Source: an uncultured delta proteobacterium
GTDB lineage: Bacteria > Myxococcota_A > Polyangia > Polyangiales > Houyiibacteriaceae
DNA: 64,000 nt
Assembly: GCA_963699755.1 (NCBI GenBank)
Contig: CAVOVB010000002.1
Span: 128,001 to 192,000 of the forward strand
Direction of reading: 5' to 3'
Shown: one piece after another, positions 40,456 through 50,557 of the stretch
Layout: each line of letters starts with the position of its first letter
How positions within the stretch are numbered: the stretch's first letter is position 1
The notes under the pieces: generated by a model
Database searches by the model: none
The model's input: the letters and a program-made list of their open reading frames with translations, nothing else
What the model was told of the DNA's origin: nothing
Position numbers and translations under genes: made by a program

Positions 40456-41908
40456 CGGGCTCTATCTCGACGCCTAGGATGGGCGCGTAGAGGGTTCGGT
40501 CGCGACGGCTCCACCAGTCGCCCGTGGCCTTTCTTTCGTCAACGCTGGTGAGCTCGTAGCGATAGATGACGGCCCGGATCTGCTTGGGTGGATGATCCTC
40601 GAACGGATTCTCATCGAGGAGCGCCAGGACCGTCGGCTGGCCTTGCAGGAGCCGCCTCATCAGATTGCCGAGCCAGAGGTTTCGGCGGTAGTCTCCGAGC
40701 GCGGCGAACCATATCTGCCAATCGAGCCGCGGTTGATGCGGGGAGCTCCAGACGGGCGCTCGGTCGAGGGGGCCCGGCTTGTAGCGGAACCTGTACGGCT
40801 TCCAGTTCTCGCCGTCGTCGCTGCCTTCGATCTCGATCTCCGGTCGCTCCCTGGTCATCACCGCAAACAGCCCGTAGTTGTTGACCGTGCTGAAGGGGTA
40901 GATCGGCCTCAGCCAGCGGGGCGGGCCCTGACCAAAGGTGCCCGAGAGGAAGACCACGGCCGACAGCGCAATGACGAGGGCAGGCGCTGCGCCAGGCCAA
41001 GCGTTCCATTTCGCTTTGCGATTGGGCGTCGGGTCTCGATCGGAGAATCGACCTCCAACGAAGCGGGCGAGCAGGCGGTCGTCCAAAAGTGGAATGCAGA
41101 GCACCATCGTGAGCAGGTTGAAGAATCCGTAGTTTCCCGTGAGCGCAATCAGGAGCATGAGGGCGCCGATCGCCGCGGCGGCGGTGCGGCGGGACCAGGA
41201 CCAGGGAAGCCAGATGAAAACGGGCGCGCCAAACTCGACTGCAAACATCAGCAGGCAGGAGAGCTTTTGAAACCAGTCGGGGAGCAGGTTCGCGTACCAG
41301 GCGAAAACCGTCGGCAGCGGCTGTGTCCAGTAATGGTAGCTGAGCGCGCTCAGATCCGCCCAAGCCGGATCTCCGCTCGCGAGCTTCACCCAAGCCGACC
41401 GGAATACGAGCCGAAACAGGAGCCACCAGAGGGCCCATCGCGCGATCGAGTGCGGAGAAGGATGTCCGGCCGGCCGATCCCAGACGCGCAAAGGGACGAA
41501 GAAGAAGGCGGTGAAGGACACCTCGAGCAGAAGCGTGTCCCACTGAAACGACATGAACGGCCAGCCCAGGCTGACGAAGGAGAGATAGGCGAACCAAGCG
41601 ACAGGCAGGGCAAGCTTCGGCACCAAGCCCACGAGCAACGCGAGCGCCGCGAGCACACCGACGAGCCAAACCAGAGCGATCATCGAGTCGGTTGCCCTCC
41701 ACCAGAGCGCGCTCGGGTGCTGCCCGAAGCTGTGGCCTGCGCTCTGGGCCTGCTCGACCAGCGTCGCGATCGGCATCACCCCATTGGCGCCAAAGAGCCC
41801 CCTTGCTTGAACGCCCAGCGAAATGAAGGCGATGAAGAGCACTGCCCCAAGCGCCCGCGCAAAGAGCCAAGAGGAGACAGAATAAGTCTGGCGAGGCCCG
41901 GACGTCAC
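40439..41908 (-). CDS. Lipase maturation factor (LMF1) family membrane protein
   Basis: F.SFQWDTLLLE, LFRL.F...VKL, HYWTQPLP, TGNYGFFN, YGLFAVMT.ER.EI, PHQPRLDWQ.WF. Start uncertain. Confidence 0.88.
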   Translation of the reverse strand: MTSGPRQTYSVSSWLFARALGAVLFIAFISLGVQARGLFGANGVMPIATLVEQAQSAGHSFGQHPSALWWRATDSMIALVWLVGVLAALALLVGLVPKLALPVAWFAYLSFVSLGWPFMSFQWDTLLLEVSFTAFFFVPLRVWDRPAGHPSPHSIARWALWWLLFRLVFRSAWVKLASGDPAWADLSALSYHYWTQPLPTVFAWYANLLPDWFQKLSCLLMFAVEFGAPVFIWLPWSWSRRTAAAAIGALMLLIALTGNYGFFNLLTMVLCIPLLDDRLLARFVGGRFSDRDPTPNRKAKWNAWPGAAPALVIALSAVVFLSGTFGQGPPRWLRPIYPFSTVNNYGLFAVMTRERPEIEIEGSDDGENWKPYRFRYKPGPLDRAPVWSSPHQPRLDWQIWFAALGDYRRNLWLGNLMRRLLQGQPTVLALLDENPFEDHPPKQIRAVIYRYELTSVDERKATGDWWSRRDRTLYAPILGVEIEPASTAE

Positions 41909-41988
41909 TCCTGGCGTGATTATCACAGTGTCTGCGCCAGCGCCGGCAATGCTCAACGATACGATCGGAGAACGGCTAGCGAGGGACG

Positions 41989-42187
41989 TACCGGGGCGCG
42001 GAAAAGGGCGCGATATGGGGTGGAGTCGACGTAGCGAGTGACAATCGGCAAGATAGCAACCACCCCGATTGGCCGCGAGCTCCGAGGCTCGGCTTGCGTG
42101 GCCAAAGCCAACCAGTGAATCCGGCCACCTTTGCAAGCCGAGCCGTTCGATGGAACCCCATATCGCGCCCTTTTCCGCGCCCCGGTA
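41989..42187. mobile_element. MITE-like non-coding element with perfect terminal inverted repeats
   Basis: TACCGGGGCGCGGAAAAGGGCGCGATATGGGGT (41989-42021) is exactly inverted at 42155-42187. Terminal TA may be a target duplication. Internal hairpins; no transposase. Confidence 0.6.
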
Positions 42188-42188
42188 G

Positions 42189-43052
42189 CTACGTCCATGC
42201 GTTGCGGTTGCGCTCTACGAATTCAGACAGGCTCGTGGCCGGCCGGCCGATGATTCGCGTCAAAGCCGGATCGACCGCAGCCTCTCCGCCGGCCTTCGCG
42301 TGCGCAAACACCGCGAGCCCCGCCTCGACCAGCCAGGGCGGACTGCCCATCTGCAGCATCATCTCCTTGGCCTGTTCCTCGCCGATGTCGATGTACGTCA
42401 CGGGCTTGTTGATGACTCGCCCGATCTCTGCAGCCACGCCCTTGGCGCCGTACGCCCGTGCGCCGGTGAGCACGTAGGTCTTGTCCCGGTGCTCGTCCGG
42501 GTTCATCAGACACTCGGCTGCTGCTTCTCCAATGTCCAAGGCGTCGATATAGGAAATCAGACCGTCGCCTTGCGGAACGATGATCGAGGACATGGTTCGG
42601 ATCGTTTCTGCCTGGTAGTTGATGAAGTTCTGGAAGAACGAGCACGGCCGCAGAATTGCCCAGCTCGCGCCGGACTCCTTCACGGCGTCGTCGATCTCCC
42701 GATGCCAGGCGCGGAGCGCGGAGCGCTGGTCCCAGCCCACCGCTCGAGACGACAGCCGCACGATGTACGGAACACCGGCTTCGATGGCCGCATCCAACAC
42801 ACGGCGGGATGCCGAAACTTGGTTCTCGATCAAGGGTGTCATGAAGAAGAAGGAATCGATGCCATCGAAAAGCTCCGCAGAGATCGCGTCGTCCTCGAAA
42901 TCGAGGATGACCCGATCCCGCACGTCCCGAAGGGCGCTGGACACGTCACTCGAGGTACGCGTGGCGACCCGAACCTCCGCACCTCGCGTGAGAAGCCCGC
43001 GATAGACTTCGCGACCCACGGCCCCGGTCGCCCCTGTGAGAAATGCTCGCAC
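42189..43052 (-). CDS. NmrA-like NAD(P)-binding oxidoreductase
   Basis: TGATGAVG, LRP..FFQN, ISYIDA.DI. Confidence 0.88.
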   Translation of the reverse strand: MRAFLTGATGAVGREVYRGLLTRGAEVRVATRTSSDVSSALRDVRDRVILDFEDDAISAELFDGIDSFFFMTPLIENQVSASRRVLDAAIEAGVPYIVRLSSRAVGWDQRSALRAWHREIDDAVKESGASWAILRPCSFFQNFINYQAETIRTMSSIIVPQGDGLISYIDALDIGEAAAECLMNPDEHRDKTYVLTGARAYGAKGVAAEIGRVINKPVTYIDIGEEQAKEMMLQMGSPPWLVEAGLAVFAHAKAGGEAAVDPALTRIIGRPATSLSEFVERNRNAWT

Positions 43053-43167
43053 GATTCCGATCCACCTCGATCATCGCCGATCGGAGGCCGATCTGCACGA
43101 TCCCGGGCCTTTGCCAGAGGATCTGAACCGGTCAGAGCCCGACTTGAAGTGCTAAGGAGACGATTCG

Positions 43168-44343
43168 ATGTCGACGCAGCTGAAGCCTTCGGCCCCGAGC
43201 CACAATCGGCGGCTCCTGTCACGCGAGTTCCTGCTCCTGCTCGCCTCGGTTTCACTATTTGGATTCTCCTGGTCCTTCTATTTGATCCTGCCGAAATTCT
43301 TCGCGGCCGAGCTCGGCATGGACGCGGCGGCAATCGGTCGCGCGGTGGCGATCCAAGGGCTCACCGCCTTTGCCTTCACGCCTCTGGTCGGCTGGCTCGT
43401 CGATCGCTACGGCCGCAGGCCATGGCTCATTGCCGGAAACCTCATGCTCGCGTTGACTGGAGTGGTCTATCTCTTCGTCGATCAAGAAGGTCCCCTGCTG
43501 TTCCTCGCGCAGATGTCCTGGGGCATCGGAATGGTCATGGGTTTCAATTCGGCGGGCACGATGACTGCGGACATCGCGCCGAGCGACCGAATGGCGCAGG
43601 CGCTCGGCCTGTTCGGGGCCGCGAACCTCGGGATGAACGCAGTCTCACCCACGATCGGGGAGGTTCTCGCGGACTCCGTAGGCTGGCAGTACGTATTCGC
43701 CGCGAGCGCGAGCGCAGGCCTTCTCGCCACGGTGCTCAGCACGCGTTTGCGGGAGCCCGCTCGATATCAAGCGCAGGGGCATGAAGCTCGCCGACCGATC
43801 TTCGGCGGCTCGCTGATGCGGGTGTACGCGGCAACTTTCGTGATGACCGCTGCGTTCACTGCGCTGTTCACGCTCCATCAGCCCTTTGCGCTCGAGCTAG
43901 GCGTCACCGAGGTTCGGAGCTTCTTCATCGGCTTTGCGATCGTCGCGCTCACCGTTCGGCTCGGTGGCGGACGCCTCATCGATCGCTTTGGTGTGCTTCG
44001 GTCTTCGGTCATCGCGTTTTGCCTGTACTCCGCAGTCCCACCGATGCTCGGCATTCTCGGGCCCGGTCATCTCTTTGCGATCGGCGCCATGATGGGCCTC
44101 GGGCACGGCATCGCCTATCCCGCGGTGACGGCCCTCGGAATCGAACGGGCCGACGGATCCTCGCGCGGCATGGTGGTCTCGATCGTCCACGGCGCGTTCA
44201 ACGGAGGACATGCATTTTTTGCGTATGCCCTCGGTTTCGTGGCGGCAGCCTGGGGCTACGACGTGGCTTTTGGGGCCGCTGGCGCGGTGACCTTGTCTGG
44301 AGCCTTCATTCTAAGCGTCAGCCGTCGCACCAAAGTCCTTTAA
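43168..44343 (+). CDS. MFS transporter
   Basis: About 12 TM segments; GWLVDRYGRR and GRLIDRFG motifs. Confidence 0.9.
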   Translation: MSTQLKPSAPSHNRRLLSREFLLLLASVSLFGFSWSFYLILPKFFAAELGMDAAAIGRAVAIQGLTAFAFTPLVGWLVDRYGRRPWLIAGNLMLALTGVVYLFVDQEGPLLFLAQMSWGIGMVMGFNSAGTMTADIAPSDRMAQALGLFGAANLGMNAVSPTIGEVLADSVGWQYVFAASASAGLLATVLSTRLREPARYQAQGHEARRPIFGGSLMRVYAATFVMTAAFTALFTLHQPFALELGVTEVRSFFIGFAIVALTVRLGGGRLIDRFGVLRSSVIAFCLYSAVPPMLGILGPGHLFAIGAMMGLGHGIAYPAVTALGIERADGSSRGMVVSIVHGAFNGGHAFFAYALGFVAAAWGYDVAFGAAGAVTLSGAFILSVSRRTKVL

Positions 44344-44400
44344 CGCCGACACGAGGGCTGGTCCTTCTGGTATTTTCCACCCGGGTAGTTTGGATTCGGC

Positions 44401-44772
44401 ATGAAACGGAACGACGACAGCAATCGCCCCGGCTCCGACGCAAAGAGCAAGCTCACTCGCTTGCTCGAAACAGAAGCGCAACTCGAGGGGATGCTCAAAG
44501 AAGCCAGGCGCGAGGCAGCGCAGCTCGTCGAATTGGCCCGCGAAGAAGCGAAGCAGCGCGTCCGCGACTTCGAGTCAGAGCTCGAAAGCGAACATCGCCA
44601 GCTCCGGGATCGAATTGCGCGCGAGCGAGACGAAGCTGTGAAGTCGATCCGAGAGGAGGCGCGGGAGGAAACCGAACGGCTCGTCGGGCTCGACGATGCG
44701 ACGGTCCACCAGCTGGCTCAGCACGTGGTGGGTCTTCTGCTGAATCGAACCGAGTCTGGGGGCTCTCCTTGA
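44401..44772 (+). CDS. V/A-type ATPase peripheral stalk subunit G/H
   Basis: Charged coiled-coil (EARREA...AREEA); first gene of the operon. Confidence 0.75.
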   Translation: MKRNDDSNRPGSDAKSKLTRLLETEAQLEGMLKEARREAAQLVELAREEAKQRVRDFESELESEHRQLRDRIARERDEAVKSIREEAREETERLVGLDDATVHQLAQHVVGLLLNRTESGGSP

Positions 44773-46661
44773 TTCTGAAGATGTCCCGTATCCGAATGCT
44801 CGGCCCGAGAGAACGGCTCCAGTCATGCTTGGCCTGCATCCAGGACCTCGGCTTGGTTCAATTGGTCGAACCCGCCGAGACCGAGTCCCTCAGCCCGCTT
44901 GGGCTCACGCCGGAGCAGGAGCATCACGTGCGCAGCGTTCGCGACGTGGTCCAGGACGTGGACATGGCGCTCGAGCTACTCGGAGAAACGCCAAGCCCGC
45001 CCAGAGCGGCCGAAGACCTGCCGCTAACCGAGGCAGCGTTGATCGCGGGCCGAGCTCGAAGAGAGCTTGAAGCTCTGGCTGAGCAGCGCCAAAGCCTCGA
45101 AGAGGAGCGAGCGCTCATCTTGAAGTTTCGTCCGTTCTTCTCGGCTTTTCGAAAGATCGGCGACTCGGGTCTCGACCTCGACGGCATTCGAGTGTTCTAC
45201 CTCGTGTTGCGCGAGGACGGCGAGGAGGAGCTTCGCCGAATGCGTGCCGCGCTGCGCCAGGCCCTCGGCGAGGGTTTCGAGCTGCTCAGCCAGCCCTCGG
45301 AGTCTGGCGAATCGGCGATGCTTCTGGCCGTGCCCATGGCCGATGCCGCGAAAGCCGAGCAACTTCTCAGTGAGGCCGGCGTCCAATCGCTCTCCCTTCC
45401 CGCCCAGTTCGAAGAGCAGGGCGTGAGCGCGACGATCCAACGCATGCAGGCTCGTCTAGAGGAACTGCCCAAGGAGCTTGCCGCGCTGGAGCAAGAGCGC
45501 GCACGAATCGCCCGTGAGCGCGGCCGAAAGCTCGCGTGGATTCAGGCGAGCGTTCGAGACCACTTGGCGACCGTCGTAGCCATGGAGAAGGCCGTGGTCA
45601 CGCCGCGAGCCTTCGTTCTCGAAGGTTGGGTTCCGAAGGCGGTTCAGCCCGACCTCGAGCGGCGACTCAGCTCACGTTGCGGTCCGGGGTTCGAAATCGA
45701 GACGGTGTCCTCCGAAGAGTGGTCGGGCGACACTGCGCCGGTCGTCCTGCATAACCCTCGTCTGTTTCGTCCATTCGAGGCGATTACGCGGATGATGCCC
45801 CTCCCGAAGTACGGGACGGTCGATCCGACGCCTTTCGTCGCGGTCTTCTTCCCGATGTTCTTCGGCGTCGTCCTCGGTGACGTCGGTTACGGGACCCTCC
45901 TCGCGGCCGTGTCGCTCATCCTGCGCCTCCGTTCAAAGGCCGACACCACTCTGCGATCGGTGTCAGAGATTGGACTCGCCTGCGCCCTATTCTCGGTCAT
46001 CTTCGGCTTCTTGTATGGTGAGCTCTTTGGCGATCTCGGTCACCGGATCGGTCTGCATCCAATCATCTTCAATCGTGAAGAGGCGTTCTTTCCGTTCCTC
46101 GGCTTCGCCATCGCGCTGGGCCTCGTCCACATCGTGGTCGGCTTGCTCGTGGGCGCTGTGAAGATGTTTCGCGGAGACAAACGGCGCGCGCTTGGAAAGG
46201 GCATGGCAGCTTTGATGGTCGTCCTCATCGCGCTCGCGCTCTTGGCGGCGTTCGACATGCTCCCGGAGCGTTTTTTCACGCCGCTGGTGATCACCACGCT
46301 GGTCGCCCTACCCATCTTGATCGTAGGCGAAGGCGTTCTCGCGCCCATCGAGTTCGTCTCCACGTTGGGCAATGTCTTGTCCTACGCGCGCATCATGGCG
46401 GTCGGCACCGCTTCGGTCATGATGGCGGTCGTCGCAAATCGAATGGTCGGCGCCTTCGGCTCGGTCATCGTCGGCATCCTCTTCGCCCTCGTTTTTCATC
46501 TGATCAACTTCGTCCTCGGCGTCTTCAGCCCGACGATTCACGTGCTGCGACTTCACTACGTGGAGTTCTTTGGAAAGTTCTACAGCCCGGGCGGTGCGCA
46601 GTACCGGCCGTTTCGACATTGGTCCCCGCGCGAAAGCGCTTCCGACGAGAGGAGCGAGTGA
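44769..46661 (+). CDS. atpI: V/A-type ATP synthase subunit I (a)
   Basis: TTG 44769 overlaps the upstream stop. EGWVP, P.YG.VDPT, FG...GDVGYG, SYARIMA (essential Arg), LRLHYVEFF.KFY. Confidence 0.93.
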   Translation: MILKMSRIRMLGPRERLQSCLACIQDLGLVQLVEPAETESLSPLGLTPEQEHHVRSVRDVVQDVDMALELLGETPSPPRAAEDLPLTEAALIAGRARRELEALAEQRQSLEEERALILKFRPFFSAFRKIGDSGLDLDGIRVFYLVLREDGEEELRRMRAALRQALGEGFELLSQPSESGESAMLLAVPMADAAKAEQLLSEAGVQSLSLPAQFEEQGVSATIQRMQARLEELPKELAALEQERARIARERGRKLAWIQASVRDHLATVVAMEKAVVTPRAFVLEGWVPKAVQPDLERRLSSRCGPGFEIETVSSEEWSGDTAPVVLHNPRLFRPFEAITRMMPLPKYGTVDPTPFVAVFFPMFFGVVLGDVGYGTLLAAVSLILRLRSKADTTLRSVSEIGLACALFSVIFGFLYGELFGDLGHRIGLHPIIFNREEAFFPFLGFAIALGLVHIVVGLLVGAVKMFRGDKRRALGKGMAALMVVLIALALLAAFDMLPERFFTPLVITTLVALPILIVGEGVLAPIEFVSTLGNVLSYARIMAVGTASVMMAVVANRMVGAFGSVIVGILFALVFHLINFVLGVFSPTIHVLRLHYVEFFGKFYSPGGAQYRPFRHWSPRESASDERSE

Positions 46662-46662
46662 G

Positions 46663-46890
46663 ATGGAAATAGAGACGGTTTTCCTTTACGTGAGCGCCGC
46701 TTTGGCGGTGGGCATACCCGCCCTCGCCACGGCTTGGGCTCAGTCCCGGATCGGCCCTGCCGCCGCGGCGGCGCTCGCCGAGAAGCCCGAGCTCACGGTC
46801 ACGGTCGTGCTTCTGATCGCCATCCCGGAGACCCTGGCCATCCTCGGCTTCGTCGTCGCGGTCCTGATCCTCATGCAGGGGGGCGGCTGA
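46663..46890 (+). CDS. atpK: V/A-type ATP synthase subunit K/L (c-ring proteolipid, single hairpin)
   Basis: 75 aa; AWAQSRIG...AEKPE...IPETLAILGFV with the ion-carrying Glu. Confidence 0.92.
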   Translation: MEIETVFLYVSAALAVGIPALATAWAQSRIGPAAAAALAEKPELTVTVVLLIAIPETLAILGFVVAVLILMQGGG

Positions 46891-46897
46891 AGCGCCA

Positions 46898-47479
46898 ATG
46901 ATCAGCTCCGACCTCGATACCGAATTGCGCCGTGCCGCGGACAAGACGGCCGAGTCCATCATGAAGGCCGCTCGCGCCGAGGCCGAGGAAATCGCTGCAG
47001 AGGCCAAGCGCTCGATCGAGGAACAGCGCAGAGAGCTCATGGCGGACAAGGAGGCCGAGTACGGTGCGGACGTTCGTCGTGCAATTGCCGCGGAGAGGCA
47101 TGCCGCGATGCGCGACGTGCTCCTGGCGCGGACAGCGCTCGTCGGCCGAGTGCTGGAGCGAGCCAGGGCCCTCCTCCCCCAAGCGGTGGAAAGCCAAGAC
47201 TATTTGTCGGGTCTAGACTCCGAGCTCGCCGAGACCTTGAAGTTCGTCGAGGGCGACGAGGTCGTCGTGCGCTGTTCCCCGACGCTCGAGTCCGCGGTTC
47301 GCAAAGCGCTCACCGAAAGGCCGCAAGTCGAGGTCGAAGCGGAAACCGGTACTGGCAGCGGCTTCATCGTCCTTGGCGGAGGCGGGACCGTGCTCGTCGA
47401 CGGCTGGCTCGATACGCGCATCGATCGCCTAGCCTCATCGTTCGCGATCGAGATCCATGCGCGCTTGAAGGAGCTCTAG
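46898..47479 (+). CDS. atpE: V/A-type ATP synthase subunit E
   Basis: N-terminal coiled coil, C-terminal GF....VLVD..LD.RI; operon position. Confidence 0.8.
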   Translation: MISSDLDTELRRAADKTAESIMKAARAEAEEIAAEAKRSIEEQRRELMADKEAEYGADVRRAIAAERHAAMRDVLLARTALVGRVLERARALLPQAVESQDYLSGLDSELAETLKFVEGDEVVVRCSPTLESAVRKALTERPQVEVEAETGTGSGFIVLGGGGTVLVDGWLDTRIDRLASSFAIEIHARLKEL

Positions 47480-47481
47480 CG

Positions 47482-48498
47482 ATGGCGCGATACTTCGGTG
47501 ACATCAGTGTGCGCGCGCGCGGCCTTCGTACCCATCTGCTGCCATCATCGGATTTGGAGCGGCTCGCGCGGGCAACGAGCCTCCTCACACTGCAGCGAGA
47601 GCTCAGCGCGCTTGGCTTGGTCCGATCGGAGGCTCCGGCGACCCCAGCGAGCCTGGAGAAAGGGATCCGCCATCACGCCGCGAGCCGAATGCGAGTTCTC
47701 GAACGCTGGTGCAGTGACGACCGGCGCCTCGCGTTCTCGGTCCTTTTCGAGGACGAGGATCGACGATCGATTCAAGCGATCCTACGTGGCACGGAACAAG
47801 GCGTGGCATCAGAGGCGCGCATGGCGGGCCTGGTTCCGACTTCGAGTCTATCGGAACGCGCGCTCTTGACCCTGGCGAGTCAGCCCACTCCGGCTGACGT
47901 GGTTCGCATGCTCCTACTCTGGAACCACCCCTTCGGCCTGCCACTCGTCGAGGCCGCGAGCAGAGCGCGTCCGTCCTTGTTTGAAATCGAGGTCGCGCTG
48001 GAGCGCGCATTCGCCCGGAGAGCTTCGTCGCGGGCACGAGAAGGTGGCGCGCAACTAATCGAATACGTCGGTCAGATCATCGATCTGATGAACGCCTGGT
48101 CGGCCTTGCTGCACTTCGTCGAGCGCGACCCGAGGATCGTCGAGCTGACGTTCGTCGAAGGTGGACAGTGGCTCACGCGGGACGCGTTGGAGAGGCTCAT
48201 GGGCCTCCCTACCCTGGAAGACGTCGGGAGGGAGCTCGCCTGGGAGCTCCGCAAGTCAGGGCTCGGTTCGGCGTTTGCCGGAGGCATCGACGACCTCGCG
48301 GGCTTGGAAGGCGCGGCTCTTCGTGCCCAGATCGATTGGCTCAAACGATCGTTGCGCATCGATCCGAGCGGCGCCGCACCGGTGATTGGCTTTGCGATTG
48401 AGCTTCGCGCGGAAGTCCTGAACTTGAGACGCATCATCTGGGGCGTTGCCTTGCGGGCGCCTTCGGCGCTCATCCAGGCCGAAATGGTGCTCGCATGA
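47482..48498 (+). CDS. atpC: V/A-type ATP synthase subunit C (d)
   Basis: VRARGLR..LL, IDL.N, EV.NLR.I.WG; operon position. Confidence 0.85.
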   Translation: MARYFGDISVRARGLRTHLLPSSDLERLARATSLLTLQRELSALGLVRSEAPATPASLEKGIRHHAASRMRVLERWCSDDRRLAFSVLFEDEDRRSIQAILRGTEQGVASEARMAGLVPTSSLSERALLTLASQPTPADVVRMLLLWNHPFGLPLVEAASRARPSLFEIEVALERAFARRASSRAREGGAQLIEYVGQIIDLMNAWSALLHFVERDPRIVELTFVEGGQWLTRDALERLMGLPTLEDVGRELAWELRKSGLGSAFAGGIDDLAGLEGAALRAQIDWLKRSLRIDPSGAAPVIGFAIELRAEVLNLRRIIWGVALRAPSALIQAEMVLA

Positions 48499-48824
48499 AG
48501 GAGCAACGACTAGTGGTGATCGCAAGCCAAGGTTTGAGCACCGGATTTGCATTGGCCGGGGTGCCCGTTTTCGAGGCAAGCGACGGAGTCGATGCAGCCA
48601 ATCAGATCGATCGCTTGGCAGAGAGCGACGGCGCGGGAATCATCATCATCGACGAACCTCTCTACCGGGACATCCCGGAGGAAGCTCGGCGGGCCCTTCA
48701 GCGATCCGCGCTCCCTGTCGTCATTCCAGTGCCCGGCCCCGACTGGACCACCGAGGCTACGGCTCACGAATACATCGTCGAGATCCTTCGGCGCGCGATC
48801 GGCTATCGGGTGAAGCTCCAATGA
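48495..48824 (+). CDS. atpF: V/A-type ATP synthase subunit F
   Basis: GFALAGV, GIIIID, LPVVIPVP, RRAIG. Confidence 0.92.
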   Translation: MKEQRLVVIASQGLSTGFALAGVPVFEASDGVDAANQIDRLAESDGAGIIIIDEPLYRDIPEEARRALQRSALPVVIPVPGPDWTTEATAHEYIVEILRRAIGYRVKLQ

Positions 48825-50557
48825 CCGAGGCGCGCATCATCCGAGTCGCCGGCGCGATCGCCGAAGCACAGCCGCTTGGCGATGTCGGCCTCTACGAGCT
48901 CGTCGAAGTTGGCGAACGTAGGCTGCTCGGCGAGGTGATTCGTCTCCAAGACGACGTCGCGACCATCCAGGTCTTCGAAGAAACCAGCGGCCTCGGGCTG
49001 CATGAACCAGTGCGCCCCACTGGGAGTGCGCTCATGACCCGCCTGGGGCCGGGCTTGCTCGGCTCCATTCTCGACGGCGTCGGGCGGCCGCTGGCAGGCC
49101 TCGCCGAACGCTCGGGTGACTTCATGGCGCCTGGAATGACCTTGCCCACCCTCGACCCCGAGACCCGCTGGTCGTTCTCGCCAGCGGTCCAAGCGGGCAC
49201 CGAGGTGAATGCTGGCGACGTCTTGGGTCTGATCGAAGAGCGCCCAGCAATGATGCACCGGGTTCTGGTGCCACCCGGACTGACGGGTCGGGTCGCAGAC
49301 ATTCAGGAGGGAAGCTTCACTGTTGCCGACACGATCGGCGCCTTGGATGACGGAACGCCCCTCACGCTTTCGCAACCCTGGGCGATTCGCCAACGGCGTC
49401 CGTTCGCGCGACGTCTCCCCGGCGACCGCCCGTTCATCACCGGGCAGCGAGTCTTCGATCTGCTCTTTCCCGTCGTCGAGGGGGGTTCGGTCGCCGTGCC
49501 GGGCGGGTTCGGCACCGGCAAGACCGTGATCGAGCAGTCGCTGGCCAAGTACGCCAAGGCCGACATCATGGTCTACATCGGCTGCGGCGAGCGCGGGAAC
49601 GAAATGGCCGAGGTCCTCCACGACTTCAGCCGCCTCACCGATCCCAAAACCGGTCGACCGATCATGGATCGAACGATCCTGATCGTGAACACCTCGAACA
49701 TGCCCGTCGCTGCGCGAGACGCGTCTGTCTATCTCGGGATGACGATCGCCGAGTACTACCGAGACATGGGCTACCACGTCGCCATCCTGGCGGATTCCCT
49801 TTCACGCTGGGCCGAGGCGCTCCGGGAAATCGCCGCCCGCCTTCAAGAGATGCCCGGCGAGGAAGGCTACCCAACCTATCTTGCCAATCGAATGAGCCGT
49901 CTATACGAACGCGCTGGTCGAGTCGAGACTCAGGGCACACCCGGGCGCACTGGCGCAGTGACATTCATCAGCGCGATTTCTCCGCCGGGTGGTGACTTCG
50001 CCGAGCCTGTGACTCAAGCCTCGCTGCGCGTGGTCGGTGCGCTATGGGCGCTCGATCCGCGCCTCGCGCATCAACGTCAATTTCCCGCCGTAGACTGGGA
50101 CATCAGCTACAGCCTCTATGCCGACGGCACGAGGGCTTGGTTCTCGGAGGCAGGCGGGCCGGATTGGTCGGAGCTCAGAGTTGAAACGGTTCGACTCCTG
50201 CAACGGGATCGGGAGCTCCGGGAAATCGCCGGCCTCGTTGGGGTCGACGCGCTCGAAGACGAAGATCGCCTCGTGCTCGAAGGCGCAAGGATCGCCCGCG
50301 AGTTTCTCATAGGGCAGAACGCCTTCCATCCACACGACGCCTTTTCGAGCGTGGAAAAGACCTACCAGCTGGTGAAGCTGCTCTGGTCTTTCATGCAGAC
50401 GGGAGAGGCGGCTCTAAGGGAAGGCGTCGGCTTCGAGAAGCTCGACCTCGCGGCCGTCCGAGTCGCGTTCGGGTCCGTGAAGACGGCGGCCCCCGACGAC
50501 TTGGGTCAGCAGATTTCAGAAGCTCAGCAAACCATCGCGGAGATGAGGCCAGCATGA
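48821..50557 (+). CDS. atpA: V/A-type ATP synthase subunit A (catalytic)
   Basis: GGFGTGKT P-loop, GCGERGNEM, NTSNMPVAAR, EMPGEEGYP; ATGA overlap at 48821. Confidence 0.96.
   Translation: MTEARIIRVAGAIAEAQPLGDVGLYELVEVGERRLLGEVIRLQDDVATIQVFEETSGLGLHEPVRPTGSALMTRLGPGLLGSILDGVGRPLAGLAERSGDFMAPGMTLPTLDPETRWSFSPAVQAGTEVNAGDVLGLIEERPAMMHRVLVPPGLTGRVADIQEGSFTVADTIGALDDGTPLTLSQPWAIRQRRPFARRLPGDRPFITGQRVFDLLFPVVEGGSVAVPGGFGTGKTVIEQSLAKYAKADIMVYIGCGERGNEMAEVLHDFSRLTDPKTGRPIMDRTILIVNTSNMPVAARDASVYLGMTIAEYYRDMGYHVAILADSLSRWAEALREIAARLQEMPGEEGYPTYLANRMSRLYERAGRVETQGTPGRTGAVTFISAISPPGGDFAEPVTQASLRVVGALWALDPRLAHQRQFPAVDWDISYSLYADGTRAWFSEAGGPDWSELRVETVRLLQRDRELREIAGLVGVDALEDEDRLVLEGARIAREFLIGQNAFHPHDAFSSVEKTYQLVKLLWSFMQTGEAALREGVGFEKLDLAAVRVAFGSVKTAAPDDLGQQISEAQQTIAEMRPA

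Noticed and set aside
41989..42187. Retron msr-msd interpretation of the inverted-repeat element
   Set aside because: No reverse transcriptase in the window; a MITE or structured RNA is more parsimonious.
44019..44768. Extended starts of the ORF-track calls for ATPase subunits I, A and D, and for the PPOX, DJ-1, SCP2 and GH31 genes
   Set aside because: The extensions overlap upstream genes; homology begins at downstream coupled starts or RBS-preceded starts.
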